The position numbers were made by a program, and so were the translations under genes. A stretch of 64,000 nt of DNA, from the NCBI GenBank assembly GCA_010909165.1, contig VJWM01000126.1, forward strand, positions 558,001 through 622,000, written 5' to 3'. Every line of letters begins with the position of its first letter. Position 1 is the first letter of the stretch. This DNA comes from Anthoceros angustus. Taxonomy: Eukaryota; Plantae; Anthocerotophyta. Below the pieces are notes generated by a model that saw nothing but the letters and a program-made list of their open reading frames with translations, was not told the origin of the DNA and made no database searches. Below are positions 38,721-52,907 of the stretch, piece by piece.

Positions 38721-39284
38721 GCGGGCGTGTCACAGATAGATTATTATTCCTAATCTAGTAGGTTTTCATATAGAGATGCATATAGTATAGTGGACAAGGT
38801 CAAACACTTGGTCTCGAGTTGAATCGATCTCGCGCATATCGATGTTCTAATAGATTGTTTCTCCTAATCAAATAGGGTTTCGTATGTATTGGTGTTCACG
38901 GGTCGTCTCCCGAGAGACATGTAAGTGTAGAATATTTTTTCCAATTAAACACGTTTCCGCAAGGATGGTATTGTCCATGGATAAGATCATGCAGCAAAAT
39001 AAGCGTTTGAGGGTTCAGTTGTTTTTCTGAAATCATATGCTATGTTATGGCTCGAAACCCTATGTATGTGTGGTACCAATGTATGCTACTTGGGTATCTC
39101 AATACTATGATTACTTTTAATTTTATGAATTATTGTATAGAGATGAAAATTTTTATGAATTATTGTATAGAGATAAAAAATTTATGAATTATTGTATAGA
39201 GATGAAATTAGTGTTGTGGTTGGTGTTATGTCCTATGTATGCGATTGTTTTCAAGGGGTCTAGACCCCTTCGAATCGCTCAAGT

Positions 39285-39700
39285 GTTAGGGCTAGTTGCT
39301 TGTTGGCTATGGAGAAGCCCACCGGGTCCGCCCTATTGGAGTGAGAGGCTTTTGCGGCTTGTTAGTCAGCGGCATAGCCATCTTGCTTGGGAGCAATTCA
39401 GGGGCACTTTAGTCCACTAATTGCATCGCCTCGGGGTGTGAGTCGTGGCTTTTGGCGTGGGGGCGTTAGAGTCTCATCCCGATTGGCTCGCCTTTCTGGT
39501 GGACGTCGAGAATGCTTTTAACACGGTCTCCGGTGGCCATTTTGACGAGTTCAAGGGCGTGGGTGGACATGTGACTTGCCGATCTTATCCCTTTGGTTCC
39601 TCCTTACGAGTCTCCTTCCAATCTCTACTATCAAGCATGGGCCCTCGAGGGGTTTTGTGTTGGCCTTAGTAGGCGCACAGCGGGGGATCCATTGGGATTG
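39285..39700 (+). mobile_element. CRE-like RT fragment, unit 2 copy
   Basis: ESHPDWLAFLVDVENAFNTVS in ORF 39445-39669. Confidence 0.72.
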
Positions 39701-39749
39701 TTTTGTTGATGTTGTTTGCGATTTGGAGTTTCTCCGGCGCTTTTCTAGT

Positions 39750-42520
39750 TCCCGTAGATGGCTCTTAAAAGAAACCCATCAAGGGCGTCTTGGACCGGGC
39801 AAGAAACAAGGTTCTATGGCCAAAGTCACGGCTAAAACACACGATAACGTATCAAAACAACAATTCTTCACACTACACAACCACCCTTTGGGATGATGGT
39901 AAAGTTGATGGTGTCCTTGTGCACAGTGAGGGAACTTATTTGGTGCCTAAGAAGGCCACTCCCAAAACCACAAGGCACTTCTCATCCAAGAAGGATGCGT
40001 GAATTTTGTTGAGAGAAGAAGGGTGGACACACTGTGCCATTGGTGGAGGCTCGCTTTCGGAGATTACTAAGCATGTTCTTGGTGAGAGGGGTTTGAGTAT
40101 GTTGGTGAGAATGACCATTTGATAATTGATTCCAAAGTTCTTAGCCTGAGTTTGTCTGCGATCGAAATGTATGTAGTCTTTGTACAACAAGATGCCTTAT
40201 AGGTTGGTCAATTTTCCATGCTGTCTTGGTTCCTAACCCTAGGTGAGACGATCGAGAATGTCTTGATTTTGTTTGAGAGATTGAGGTGCGGGTCTTGAGG
40301 ATGATTTTGCTATGGGCATGGAGGAAATTGATGACGAGGCTAACTTGAGAAGGGTTTGACCTCTGTCCCAGGGTGCTGTTAATGATGCTTTGAGTGGTGG
40401 TGAGGACAAGTCCAAAGCATAAAGTAATGGTGCCAGTTGTCTTAAGGCTTTCATGAAAGTCAGTGGTGTTTGGGGTTAGGATAGCGCAATAGAGGACATC
40501 CCTTATAAGGACTTAAACCTTATATTGATACCCTTTTTCCACCAAGTTCGGGGTTTAAAAAACAACTCTATATTCTCTCCGGAAACATAAGTTCTGTACC
40601 CTTCTTTTTGTTTCGTCTCTCATGTAAGTTGTTGATTTTGACTTTTTGTGCAGGCTGATGTCCTTCTTTCGAGGATTCAATCGAATCTTTCATCAATGTT
40701 CTTTTGGGTGTGGTGCCCAAAAATGGTATTTCTCTTGTCGCTGTTTTTTGAGTTGATTTTTGTTGCCTTGTTGTTTAGCTTGCCTTGTGGTATTTAGCGT
40801 TCCAAAATTGTCTCGGTTTTACTGATGAATCGATTTGGAGTTCGTGGCGGAGAGGAGTTACATAACCTTTAATTAGGGACTTTCATTTTCATCACATTGG
40901 GCGGACAATTTATGCAGTATGTTTATTACGTTGTGTTTCATGATTTTGTTGTGATGTAATCTTGTATAGTGTTGGCCTTTCGTTTTTATGCAGATATGAA
41001 GATATCCTAACAATTTGAGGATATCCTAACAATTTGAGGACTTGCGATATGACCGTTCGGGGCGTAGCAGAGTGAGGGTTCTAGTTCCTAGTGAGCGAAG
41101 ATCTTCCAAGGAGTTGCTCAATGAAGAACTTACTCGGATGCGGGATGATCGGTGTGATCAAGCTCACGAATATGACTCCAAAAGTAGTATTTGCCGCTTA
41201 GCCGAATGTAAGTGTATTCATGCATGAGGAAAATCTATTTGTTCTTTGAAAATGTTTTGATATTGTGAGTTATATGCGCTGCGTCAATGTCCCTTACAAG
41301 TGCAACGCATTGAGAATGTTAGCAATAATAAGTTTGTGGTTGTTTCCAATCGTGTCTTCATTACATGTAATGTGTTCTCGACTCCCATTTTAATTATCGT
41401 CTTCTTTTGGCATTGCTGCCGATATCCATCATGAAAGCGGTTCACGCGTGGGAGTGAACCAAATTTTCCTCCACGGGACTTGGCGTCCACGAAAAGTATT
41501 AATGCAAGTTCAGTATGTTACGGTCGGGTCCTTTTGGATGATACTGTTTAACCCTATTTTGTGGCTCTTATTGATAGGTGAAGGACTTTGGAGCCATGGA
41601 TGTTGATAAAGTGCTTGAAAGCAATGCTCGGGATCTGCAGATCAACAATAGCGGACCATCCAGTGGTCTTCATTCAAATTCAATATGTTGACAAGGTTAG
41701 GTGTTTTGATTGTTCTCCGTCCTTCCTATTCCATTTGGAGTTGGTCCGATTACGTAGCAGCGATTTCAAACCCATCCACGAAGATGCAATTCCGGCCCGC
41801 AGTTTGAGCAGCCTTACGGTTCCACATTTCAACATTGATGAAGCTCTGATCCCTGTTGTAGATGCAGTGGCCCCTCAGTCGGAGGCTATTGTGCCAAGTG
41901 ATTGCGACGAGACATCAGAAGTGCAACAGGACAGAAATATGGCTATATCGCCTTTATATCTAGATATCGTAGTGCAGCGTGGGACTGAGAATGGAAATTC
42001 AAGCAAGTTTGAGCGGCGTCTTGCTGAGATCTCCCGAGAACGGGAGTTGGAGTTTTATGGAGAGAAATAGGAAAGGGAGTTTCAACGGCAAAAAGATTTA
42101 GAGGTATTGATTGAGCGGCAGAGGTACAAAGCTGTTGAACTGTGAGTGTCCAAGCAAAGAGAGAAAGGTCTGGAGATCCAGAGGCGAAAAAATGTGGGAA
42201 GGAGACAAGAACACTTCAAACATCAAGAAAAACTCAACAGCAGAAAGAACAATAGGACATCACGGTAGTGGGAAGGCAATAGAATCAAAAGATTGATAAT
42301 GGGGCTCGAGGGGTCTCCACGCTACCCACGAAACCGTCGGGATCGATAAGTGATCTTATCTTCCCTTTATTACTTTCACAGAGTGAAAACTAATGTTTGT
42401 GTTTGATTATGTTGCCTTACGGAAGATGAAGAATTTCTTGAAGCCCTACTTCATCAACCACGCCAACTATGATAATGTTGGACAAGTTGTGCCGATCAAA
42501 ACAAGTGGTCGTGAAAATTA
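39750..42520 (+). pseudogene. Decayed multi-exon gene of unknown function (unit 2; interrupted copies at ~16790-30830 and ~51200-59900)
   Basis: Conserved AG|exon|GT blocks, e.g. ag|GTGAAGGACTTTGG...GACAAG|gttagg (VKDFGAMDVDKV..) followed by the exon ..SSKFERRLAEISRERELEF. Confidence 0.45.
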
Positions 42521-43213
42521 TATTTTCAATTTCTACAATTATGATCAATTTTCCAAAATAAGGTAAATATCTTTGCTTAAGTATATGTGCCTCTATTACG
42601 AATCGTTGTGTCCCTAGTTATATGTAATTTACATTGTTTTAGGTTTATTATTCAATAATGGGGGTCAATCTATTATGGTATTATTTACTCTATATTTTTA
42701 ATTTTTATTTCATACCATTCTAGATATATAGGTAACTTTGCAAAGAATAAATTTATTTGTGGTTTCTTGTAAATCCTGGATCCGCATGAATATTACTTAA
42801 TGGAATATGTTCTTTACTGCCAAATTAGCGATTTTGGTGGATTTCTAGTCAATGATCTTCTATTTAGATTTACCTAATATTCACCTGGTTACCCATTTTT
42901 CAACTCTGCTGTCCTGATTTCAACATTGATGGTGAAATATTTTCACCTATCAGTGCATATTTTCTATTCTATTGTAATAAATTTGATCCTACTCAGCAAA
43001 ATAATGATCTTCAATTTACCTCCTCCACCCTGGAAGAAAATCGAGCGAGCGCGTCGAGGCCCCATACGAGGCAGCGACTTTACATACTGAAAGCAGAGTG
43101 TTTCCGCTCCACAAACGGTTACGCTTTCCGCACCTCACGCTCCTTCCTGCAATATTAAATCCTCGATCCCATCCAACTTTCAACATCCGATTTGAGTTTA
43201 ATTTGGGGTCCCC

Positions 43214-43409
43214 TGGGGTGCGCCAGGCAATGGAAGTAGTGCAAGCCAAAGCGACGCTCGAGAAGCCGTGGAAGCAAGCTACCACATAAAGCTCCTCGCC
43301 CCGAAGAAATTAGATTCATATCATGTGGGTCGATGACCCACATATCAGATATTAAACTGATAAGAACAGATACTACACTTGATCTTAGCCAAAAGGCCGA
43401 GAAAGGTGT
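43214..43409 (-). ncRNA. U2: U2 snRNA, type A (no USE upstream)
   Basis: Same U2 core; starts ACACC instead of ATACC. Confidence 0.92.
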
Positions 43410-43822
43410 ACCTTCCTTTCGCAAGTCAGGGTCTATATGGGCCAGAGGCGTTAGGGTGTGTTATACACGCCGTCCATGACTCCTGGCGGGCGGGCCTGTA
43501 AAACGCCGCCGCGCTCTGTCCTGGCGAAACCGGCAGCGGCGGGATGGCGAAATTAAAAGCGAATGAAGCAAGTGTCTCGGAAGCAGGCGACTGTACCATC
43601 CATATATCATCGCAACATTTGATTGGAGAACCCGTGCACGGCGCACGCAGGCAAGCTCGGTAGCAACCAAGATTTCTGGCAATCGCTCCTCGGAGTTCAG
43701 GAAGGCTGCTGTAAATCCATGGTATTTTGCCTCCTTCCTCAAGCCATCGTCTCCGGATCGTCTTCGTCGAAGTGTTTAACAGCTTCGTCCCCAGATAGAT
43801 ACAACTTTGAGCCTGCACAGAA

Positions 43823-44616
43823 ATGGCCATGGTTCGGATTGCCATGCTCACGTGCTGCGGCTCACCCTTGACCCTGAGCGGAATTGTGCCGAGATGGGCT
43901 GGCCAGATGCGGGGAATGCTGCCAGGTGAAGTGCACCAACGACGGATGCAACGACACGCCCACCACTGTCGTGATGACGGATCAGTGCCCGGGTGGCGTG
44001 GGAAGCCCCATTTCGATCTCAGCGGCTCTGCATTCGGAAACCTCGCTGCCGCCGGCCGATCGTCTGACCTCGTCACGCTGGGCGGGTCCGGCTGCTCCGG
44101 ATACATCCCTGAGGCTGTAATGACAATGCAATGCTTCGAATAGACGATGGCATGGATGCGTTGCGCGCAGGGTGCCTTGCTCCTACGGTTCCCAGACTGT
44201 GGCATTCGACATGGACGCGAATTGCAATCCCAATTGGGTCGCCTTCGTGGTCGAGTTTCAAGCAGGCGATGGAGATCTCCACTCTGTCGAACTCAAGGTT
44301 AGGAAAAGCTATGCATGGTGTCTCGGTTTTGGACACTGTTGATTACTCTTGGATGGCATTGGCTTTCATGAGTTGAAACCAGCCACAAGATCTCACATGT
44401 GGTGAATGTTGGGGTGGCAGGATGCGTCTTCAGCTTGGCAGGCAGTGAGTCACAATTGGGGAGCCAACTGGCAATTCTTCGGGAGCCTTAACGGCCCCGT
44501 TTCTGTTCGGCTCAAATCCCAATACTGCCGACCAAGTGCTGGTTGCCAAGGATGCCATTCCAGCTGACTGGACACCTGGCCACACCTACCAATACCAAGA
44601 CCAGTTTAGCTACTAG
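43823..44616 (+). pseudogene. Beta-expansin (EXPB-like), unit 2 copy
   Basis: Near-identical to 32163-32956; KPHFDLSGSAFGNLA in ORF 43823-44143. Confidence 0.85.
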
Positions 44617-45377
44617 GAAAATTTGATGCACCGCACATTTGGGTCGGGTCCTGCATCCAGTGCGCCCACAATCAAAGCTTGGGTGCATTTGTACGTAGTG
44701 CTTTTCAAACTGTACTATTATTCTAAAATTACATTATTCTCACATTCCTGATTCTGTGTTTTGAGGGAAACAACAGCAACCCATCTTCAACTTACCAGCA
44801 GTGTTACCAGTTTTTTTGACGGAAACACTAGCAAATTGGCTTCAAGTAATTTACGGGCCTGTCCAGCGGTTCAAGCTTATTGAAAGAATGATAATGACCC
44901 ATCCAGCTTCACAAATGTTCCAAGTGTATCTCATCCTGCATTCGAGCTCGGGTATTCAGTAATGGACAAACAGAAGCCTCACATCCGCCCAACTGTGAGT
45001 TCACACAAGGCTGTAGGGCTGTACCTGACCGAAACCTGAAGACTTCAGTGAAGGCTCGGATCTTGTGTCGGGTGCTCAGGCACACTTCTTCTGATAACTG
45101 CAACGACATGCTGAACAGGAAAAGATTTGTTAGCAGTCCCACCAAAGAAACTAATGCCTGAAGGCAAGAATACGAATCAAGCGTTGTTTGAGGTTAGGAG
45201 GTTGCGGAACTCATGTTAGAAGAACCGCCGTAATATGTATGTACTGAAAGCAGAGTGTTTCCACATACGGTTGGTTACGCTTCCCGCACCTCCGTGCTCC
45301 TTCCTGCAATATTAAATCCTCACGATCCAATCCAACTTTCAACGTCCGATTTGGGTTTAATTTGGGGTCCCCGAGGG

Positions 45378-45573
45378 GTGGGGTGCGCCAGGCAATGGAA
45401 GTAGTGCAAGCCCAAAGCGACGCTCGAGGAGCCGTGGCAAGCTACCACTTGAGGCTCCTCGCCCCGAGAGAAATTAGATTAATATCATGTGGGTCGATGA
45501 CCCACGTATCAGATATTAAACTGATAAGAACAGATACTACACTTGATCTTAGCCAAAAGGCCGAGAAAGGTAT
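45378..45573 (-). ncRNA. U2: U2 snRNA, type B
   Basis: Canonical plant U2 5' half and stem IV. Confidence 0.95.
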
Positions 45574-45797
45574 ACCTCCATCTCGCAGGTCAGGGTCTAT
45601 ATGGGCCAGAGGTGTTACGGTTTGTTCCCTACCGATATGGGGTAATACCCTATATGGTTATCGTTTCGTTTGACACTAGCTGGTCTTGAGGTCCTCTCAA
45701 CGCTTTGCTTCTATGTTTTTCGTGGGTACCCAATAAGAAACCGTCTCCACTATCCTTCATCGCTAGTATGTAGTGGGCATCTGCTACATTTTGTTGT

Positions 45798-46055
45798 CTG
45801 CAAAATTGTTGCCATAGCTGCTCCCTCACGGAGACCGTCCCACCCACAAATTTTGGGAAGTGGCTGGGCTCCTTACCTGCTGCACCTAGAGGCTTGGTTG
45901 TTTGTCAAGGCTTGAATCCCCAAAGTGAGGTGAGCGGAGCTCCTCGTAGAATCCCTATAGACACCTTGATTTGTTCGGTCCACAACAACGGGTCCGATTG
46001 CCCATCGTTGAGGCCATCGTTTTCGGAAGATGAGACTATGGCCATCTCCATCCGA
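45798..46055 (-). pseudogene. Inverted 5' fragment of a PDF-PPR paralogue, unit 2
   Basis: Reverse complement matches 61033-61305 and breaks at EQLWQQF. Confidence 0.8.
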
Positions 46056-46222
46056 CGTCGGGCAATCCCATTTATCTTTGCCCTTTCGCCTTTTTTCGGC
46101 ATCTTGTGCCTTATCTTTGCCCGTGCCTTTCCTCGACGGTCTCGACCATCTCAAGGATTACTTTACCCCAAAGGATCCCTCTAGTTCTTACATTTCTTTT
46201 GGCTGCGGTGGCAAAGGGAGAT

Positions 46223-46812
46223 CACTACTAGGAAAAGTATCCTTTACAGCAGTTTACAACACTTTTACAACGACCGTTGTAAAATTGTTGTAAACACCTT
46301 AGTAATATACGTTGTAAAACGTCAAGCGTATATACTACATAAGCGTATCGTCCTTGCATATAGTATACGAGCATGGTATACACTGTTGTAAATGGACCGT
46401 TGTAAATCCTTGTAAATTCTACCATTGTAAGTTATGTATGCCGTTGTAAATATAGATGGCCTTGTTATTGAACCATTGTAAATTGAGCCCTTGTAAAACT
46501 TTGTACCATTGTAAATATCTCACAATTCAAACTATTATAAATAACAATAAATTAACCCATTACAAACTCCAATATTGTCAATAAAATATACCATTGTAAA
46601 ACGTTTCCGTCAAATGCAAACCCTTGTAAAAAATGTATACTATTGTAAATTCTCATTGTAAATATTTCCCCAAAATTCAAATCTTTGTAGATAATTCAAC
46701 CCATTGTGAATTACATTTTGTTGTAAAGAGTTTACGCCTTTGTAGATTTCTCCGCCTAAAATTCAAAACATTGTTAATAATTTAAACCAATATAAATTCG
46801 GCGTTGTAAATA
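46223..46812 (+). mobile_element. CACTA terminus with subterminal repeats, unit 3
   Basis: Same as 34572, with the same left flank (..ggagat). Confidence 0.8.
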
Positions 46813-49800
46813 ATTTAGGTCATACTAAATAGTAAATAGTAAATAGTAAATAGTAAATAGTAAATAGTAAATAGTAAATGGAAAAAGCCCATCCAGGAGG
46901 GACAATCGAAGGGACCAGGGGTCGGCGTGGAGGAGCAAAGCGAGCTCCCTACCTAAAGTCACCCTCACCCACAATGTCATATGCGGGAAGAATAACCACG
47001 CAAACCACGGAGGTAGAGGAAGATGTGTCACACAGCATCGACTCTTCAATTCCATACTCTGCAATTAAGTCGTTCCACATAGTTAAAGCCTTCATCTTCT
47101 TCCCATTTGAGTGCTTGTTGAACCATCCAAGGCGGTGTCCACTCTCCTTCCAATATGCATTCAACTTCTTGACCATGAACGGGTTTGGGCCAGTAGCAAT
47201 CTCGTGGGGCTCTTACCAAACCTACCTTCATGGCCACAAAGACCTTTTGAACTCCATTGCCAAAATGAGCGAAAGGTTTGATCCTTTGTTGCATCCACCT
47301 TACTGGGATGGGGCCACTATCCATCCCTCTTGTCACGTTCTCCTTCAAGAAAATGCTAGTGCTCCTCCTTATTTGGGCCTCACCTTCTTGACTCCATCCA
47401 AAAGTTCCTAGCTTCTCTCCGCATTGTTCCTCCAAAACTTTATATTCGAGAAAAGCGCATAATGGCATCCATAGTCCAAGGACCAGATATCAATCTGTGA
47501 ATGTTAGATTCCACAAGGAGTCTACCCTCGTCTCATCCCAAAAGCTTTGTACCAATGAATTGCAAAAATCTCATGCTCCACAACATCGGTCTCTCATGTG
47601 CACCCGGAATTGGTGTCACGCATGAATCCTACGGCCGGCGCAAAAGCAATACGGCCATAGTTAGAATCTAACAATGAAACACTAACCACTCAAAGCTTGA
47701 ACATCAAGCTTTGAATATTCTTGAACATCAAGCTCAATATTCAGCTTGAATATCGAGCTTGAATATTCGACTTGAGCGGCGAATATTCAGGCTTGACCAA
47801 CATGTGTGAATATTCAGGCTTGAACAACATGTGTGAATATTCAGGCTTGAACAACATGCCTGAATATTCAGGCTTGAACATGCGATCTAAACAATAGGCC
47901 TGATGACACACTCCTATGGTACACTAGGAACTACCCGTAGGAAAACAAGATGGTGGCACTCGAATCTACTAGTGGAAAAAGAGAACAGAAATTAAATCAA
48001 CTTACCTGACACGGACATATATCCTCTTGGAATATCATACTCAAAATTTCTTGATGCTTCACACGATGAAGGACAAGTTTATCGACATCTTTTGCGATGC
48101 GCCTCCCCTTACATACGACTTTAACCCTCTTGCTCACGGTCTTCTTCAATACTTGAGAATGGGGTCCTCGACCTCTTGGAAGGAGTGGAGCTCTTAGGTC
48201 CTTCATGAATCTCCTTGTCACAAGGGGAATCACGCCATTGGCTTGACTATCACGCACTTCATACACCTCATCATAAGGCGTGACATTCAAATCTGGATGG
48301 ACACAAGGGTTGTAAGGCATTGTACACAAGGCATAGACCCCAGAGGACCGCAGGCATGGTGGACAAGGCGACGGTGGAATTCCCCATGAGATCTAGTGGG
48401 AGGTCTCGACATTATTTAGCGGTCTACGCTAAATAATGTTACTGGTGTCCTGCCAGCTGCATCCCCAATCTCCACTAGCCCTAGCGGGCATATGATGCCA
48501 TGCTTGTGTGGATATCTTGCCATGAAGAGGATACATCTCAATGACCCACTCGGCATTTTCTTCAATTTTTCACCCTAGATGGGGCTTCAATTTTGATCGT
48601 GGCACCTCGTGCACGCGCAATCGTGGACTTTGGACACCTCGAGTCTTCTCTAGATGTTGTTGGCAGCGGCGATGCAAGGGCTCACGCCTACATCTCGCCT
48701 CATCACGACCCGCATCTCGCCAGGCGTAGATGCCGTGAAAATCGACATGTGGGCATGACCTTCCCATGCAAACGCGCGTGCAGCCAGTGCAGTGCAACGC
48801 GCCAATCCCCATCCCCATGCAGTGGCGGTGCATCTCCACAGCGCACCCTGCTGCAGTGCGGGCGCCATCCCCATCCCCACTTGCTGCCCATCTCTTTGCG
48901 GCCCTTTGCCTACCTCGCCAAGATTCCCTTGCCCCTTTCCCACGCGCCCCATCGAGGTCCTCCTCCTCTACCACCAGGCGGTCTGAATGATTCTTGAAGA
49001 TACATAGGAGACTTCCCACACTTGCCTCATCCTCTGTCTGCTAGTGCATTCGACATATTGGCTCTCGATTCTACATCAAATAGCTCTTTCTCGAGAATGT
49101 GAGTTGCCTCGTCCTTTTGGATTTGAGCTTGATCCATTTCTCCCTCAAGCTGACCACCCAACATTGTTTTGCAGCCAACAAGTTCTGCTATTCACACCTG
49201 TGAGTCCTCGAGCCCCATACCACCAATCGGCGCGTCGACAACATCTCCACATGTGAGGGCTTGTTGCCAAGCGTCTAATGTCTATGTTGCCTCGCTTGAA
49301 ATATCGGCTTGTGTTTGGGCATCTGACGGCGGAGTTGTGAGATAGGGCTTGCACACAAATCAAGATATACGACCATGCACGAAGCAAGCAAAAAGCAAAG
49401 CAGACAAAGGTGGAGTATTGTGTTGAAGTTCTCCTGTCCGTGACCTAGTCACGTATAGTGTCGCCACTATCCACGTTGTAAAACCGGATCACTTTTTTAC
49501 GATGAAGTGGTATATGAACCTAAAGACATGTCGTTGAGGAAGACAAGGCTACACACGGGTGGGAATGCAACCGAGGAACTAGACCCCGCTCAAAGCTTTG
49601 GAAAAGATGGGTTGAGCAGCTTAGGTTTTTTCATCGGTTTTGTACAATGGTGGCGGTTGGAGAACTCTCGTGAAAAAATGGTTGCTAGCATATACGGTAC
49701 AAAGTATAAGCATTCGGTTTCTACTTGCGGGGAATGCCAACAGCGCAATTTTGTTTCTCCGTCTCGGCCTCTTGAAGGCCGGGCACGGCAACCATACAAT

Positions 49801-50794
49801 GCAGACAATGTTATACAGTCTAATGATGAAACTATTGCCATCGAAAACTTACAAGTCTTCCTTGCCAAGTTTCTGCACTGTTTGTTTCCATCGAATCACG
49901 GAGAGCGATGAAACACGTGCAAACTGTAACGGCTAAGTATCCTGACCTAGGTAGATTGCAAAATCCTAAAAAAGTGCAGCACATCACCATCAATGGTGCG
50001 GTTTCATTTGGTCTACTTGTGACTCATTTACTTTAGCCAACGCTCCAAGAACACAAAGTCCAAGTCTGCAAGGCATAATTCCAGCAAACGGCATAACTTT
50101 GATAAAATTGCGGAAGAATGGAGTGCAAGTCGTTCGATTAAGATCCTCCACACTCTAGACAGAGGATCACCATGCCTCCTGGTGAGAGCTCCAAGTTGAG
50201 AGGAATCACCACGCCTCCTTGTGAGCTCCAAGTTTAGTCACGGAGGCGTGTCAGATAGATTATTATTCCTAATCTAGTAGGTTTTCATATAGAGATGCAT
50301 ATAGTATAGTGGACAAGGTCAAACACTTGGTCTCGAGTTTGAATCGATCTCGCGCATATCGACTTGTTCTAATAGATTGTTTCTCCTAATCAAATAGGGT
50401 TTCGTATGTATTGGTGTTCATGGGGTCAAGTCTCGAGAGACATGTAAGTGTAGAATATTATTTCCAATTAAACACGTTTCCATGAGGATGGTATTATGAG
50501 TGGATAAGATCATACTTTGCAAATATGCGTTTGAGGTTGAGTTGAAATCATCCATATGCTATGTTATCGAAACCCTATGCATACTTGTGCAATGTATGCT
50601 ACTTGGGTATCTCAAATACTCGATTACTTTTAATTTTATGAATTATTGTATAGAGATGAAAATTTTTATGAATTGTATAGAGATAAAAAATTTATGAATT
50701 ATTGTATAGAGATGAAATTAGTGTTGTGGTTGGTGTTATGTCCTATGTATGCGATTGTTTTCAAGGGGTCTAGACCCCCTTCGAATCGCTCAAG

Positions 50795-51145
50795 TGTTAG
50801 AGCTAGTTGCTTGTTGGCTATGGAAGCCACCGGGTCCGCCCTATTGGAGTGAGAGAGGCTTTTGCGGCTTGTTAGTCATAGCCATCTTGCTTGGGAGCAA
50901 TTCGGGGGCACTTTAGTCCACACTAATTGACATCGTGTTCCGTGGGGTGTGAGTGCTGGCGTTATCATTGGCTCGCCTCTGTCGGTCTCGGTGGCCATTT
51001 TTGAGTTCAAGGGCGTAGGTGGACATGTCTGACTTGCAGTCTTATGTCCCTTTGGTTCCTCCATGCGAGTCTCCTTCCAATCTCTACTATCGGCGCCGAG
51101 GGGTTTTGGTGTTGGCCTTAATGGCGCGGCGGGATCCATTGGGAT
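50795..51145 (+). mobile_element. CRE-like RT fragment, unit 3 copy (more deleted)
   Basis: Nucleotide homology to 16285-16735. Confidence 0.65.
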
Positions 51146-52431
51146 TGTTTTGTTGATGTTGTTTGCGATTTGGAGTTTCTCGGCGCTTTTCTAGTTCAGA
51201 TGGCTCTTAAAAGAAAACCCACAGGCGTCTTTGGACCGGGCAAGAAACAAGGTTCTATGGCCAAAGTCACGGCTAAGTACACGATAACGTATCAAAACAA
51301 CAATTCTTCACTACAACCACCTGCAGGATGATGGTAAAGTTGATGGTGTCCTTGTGCACGGTGAGGGAACTTATTTGGTGTAAGAAGGCCACTCCCAAAC
51401 CACCAAGGCACTTCTCATCCAAGAAGGATGCCGACGTCAATTTGTTCAAGAGAAGAAGGGTGGACACCGACTGTGCCATTGGTGGAGGCCGCTTTGAGAG
51501 ATTACTATGTGTTCTTGGGGGAGAGGGGTTTGAGTATGTTGGTGAGAATGACCATTTGATAATGATTCCAAAGTTCTTATGAGAGTTTGTCTGCGATCCG
51601 AAATGTATGTAGTCTTTGTGTGAGATGCCTTATAGGTTGGTCAATTTTCCATGCTGTCTGGTTCCTAACCCTATGAGACCGATCGAGAATGTCTTGATTT
51701 TGTTTGAGAGATTGAGGAGTCGGGTCTTGAGGATGATTTTGCTATGGGCATGGAGGAAATTGATGACGAGGCTAACTTCAGAAGCGGGTTTGACCTCTCA
51801 TCCCAGGGTCTGTTAATGATGCTTTGAGTGGTGGTGAGGACAAGTCCAAAGCCAAAGTAATTGGTGCGAGTTGTCTTAAGGCTTTCATGAAAGTCGGTGG
51901 TGTTTGGGGTTAGGATAGCGCAATAGAGGACATCCCTTATAAGGACTTAAACCTTATATTGATACCCTTTTCCACCAAGTTGGGGCTTAAAAACAACTCT
52001 ATATTCTCTCGGAAACATAAGCTTGACCCTTCTTTTGTTTTGTCTCTCATGTAAGTTGTTGATTTTGACCTTTTTTGTGCGGTGATGTCCTTCTTTCGAG
52101 GATTCAATCGAATCTTTCATCAATGTTCTTTGTGTGGTGCCCAAAATGGTATTTCTCTTGTCCCATTTTTTTGGGGTTGATTTTATTGCCTTATTTGCAT
52201 TTTACATTTTTGCTGCCTTGGTATTTGGTTCAAAATTGTCTCGGTTTCGTTTTTCGTGATGAATTTGGAGTTCGTGGCGGAGAGGAGTTACACTTTTAAT
52301 TAGGGACTTTTCATTTCATCACATTCGATGGACAATTTGTACAATATGTTTATTACGTTGTGTTTCATGATTTTTGTTGTGATGTAATCTTGTATAGTGT
52401 TGACGCTGCTTTCTTGTCATAGATATGAAGA

Positions 52432-52907
52432 GCGTTTGTCAAAAATTACAAAGTTGATATGCGTTACCAAAGTGAGCATTTCGTAAAAGTTAAAAATATG
52501 AGAAAGACTTTATTGAACTTTCAAGTGATTGATCACTCTCAAGTGGGTGCAAATGATAAGAATTCTATTCAAGGGTTTCTTCAACTCTACCATTGATAAT
52601 CCAAGATCTGATGTAAGTTTGTGTTGATTAGGGCTATGATCTTTTTTGCCTTTTAATGTACTAACTGTAAGTTTTCTTTAACTAGTCTTGGTATGCAAAA
52701 CTCCGGGTTTCTAAAGGAATGCTCTCAAGATTTATGTAGACTATGGCAGAAGCAATTGGTCTTGATGGGTATTTCACCAACAAGAGCTGTCGTGTAACAA
52801 TGATTACCGCATTCGACCATGGCTTAGCACGCAGGCCAGTGTCAACGACAAGTGATTTTGTATTAGCCGCGATGTTTTGACTTGTTGATGCCATTTTCTT
52901 ACATTCT
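52432..52907. other. 476-bp insertion specific to unit 3
   Basis: Interrupts gatatgaaga|tatcctaac; no TSD or TIR seen. Confidence 0.7.

Larger units (their letters stand above)
34572..46222. repeat. Array unit 2 (11,651 bp, uninterrupted)
   Basis: CACTACTAGGAAAAG at 34572 recurs at 46223 and the internal blocks recur in the same order. Confidence 0.9.
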
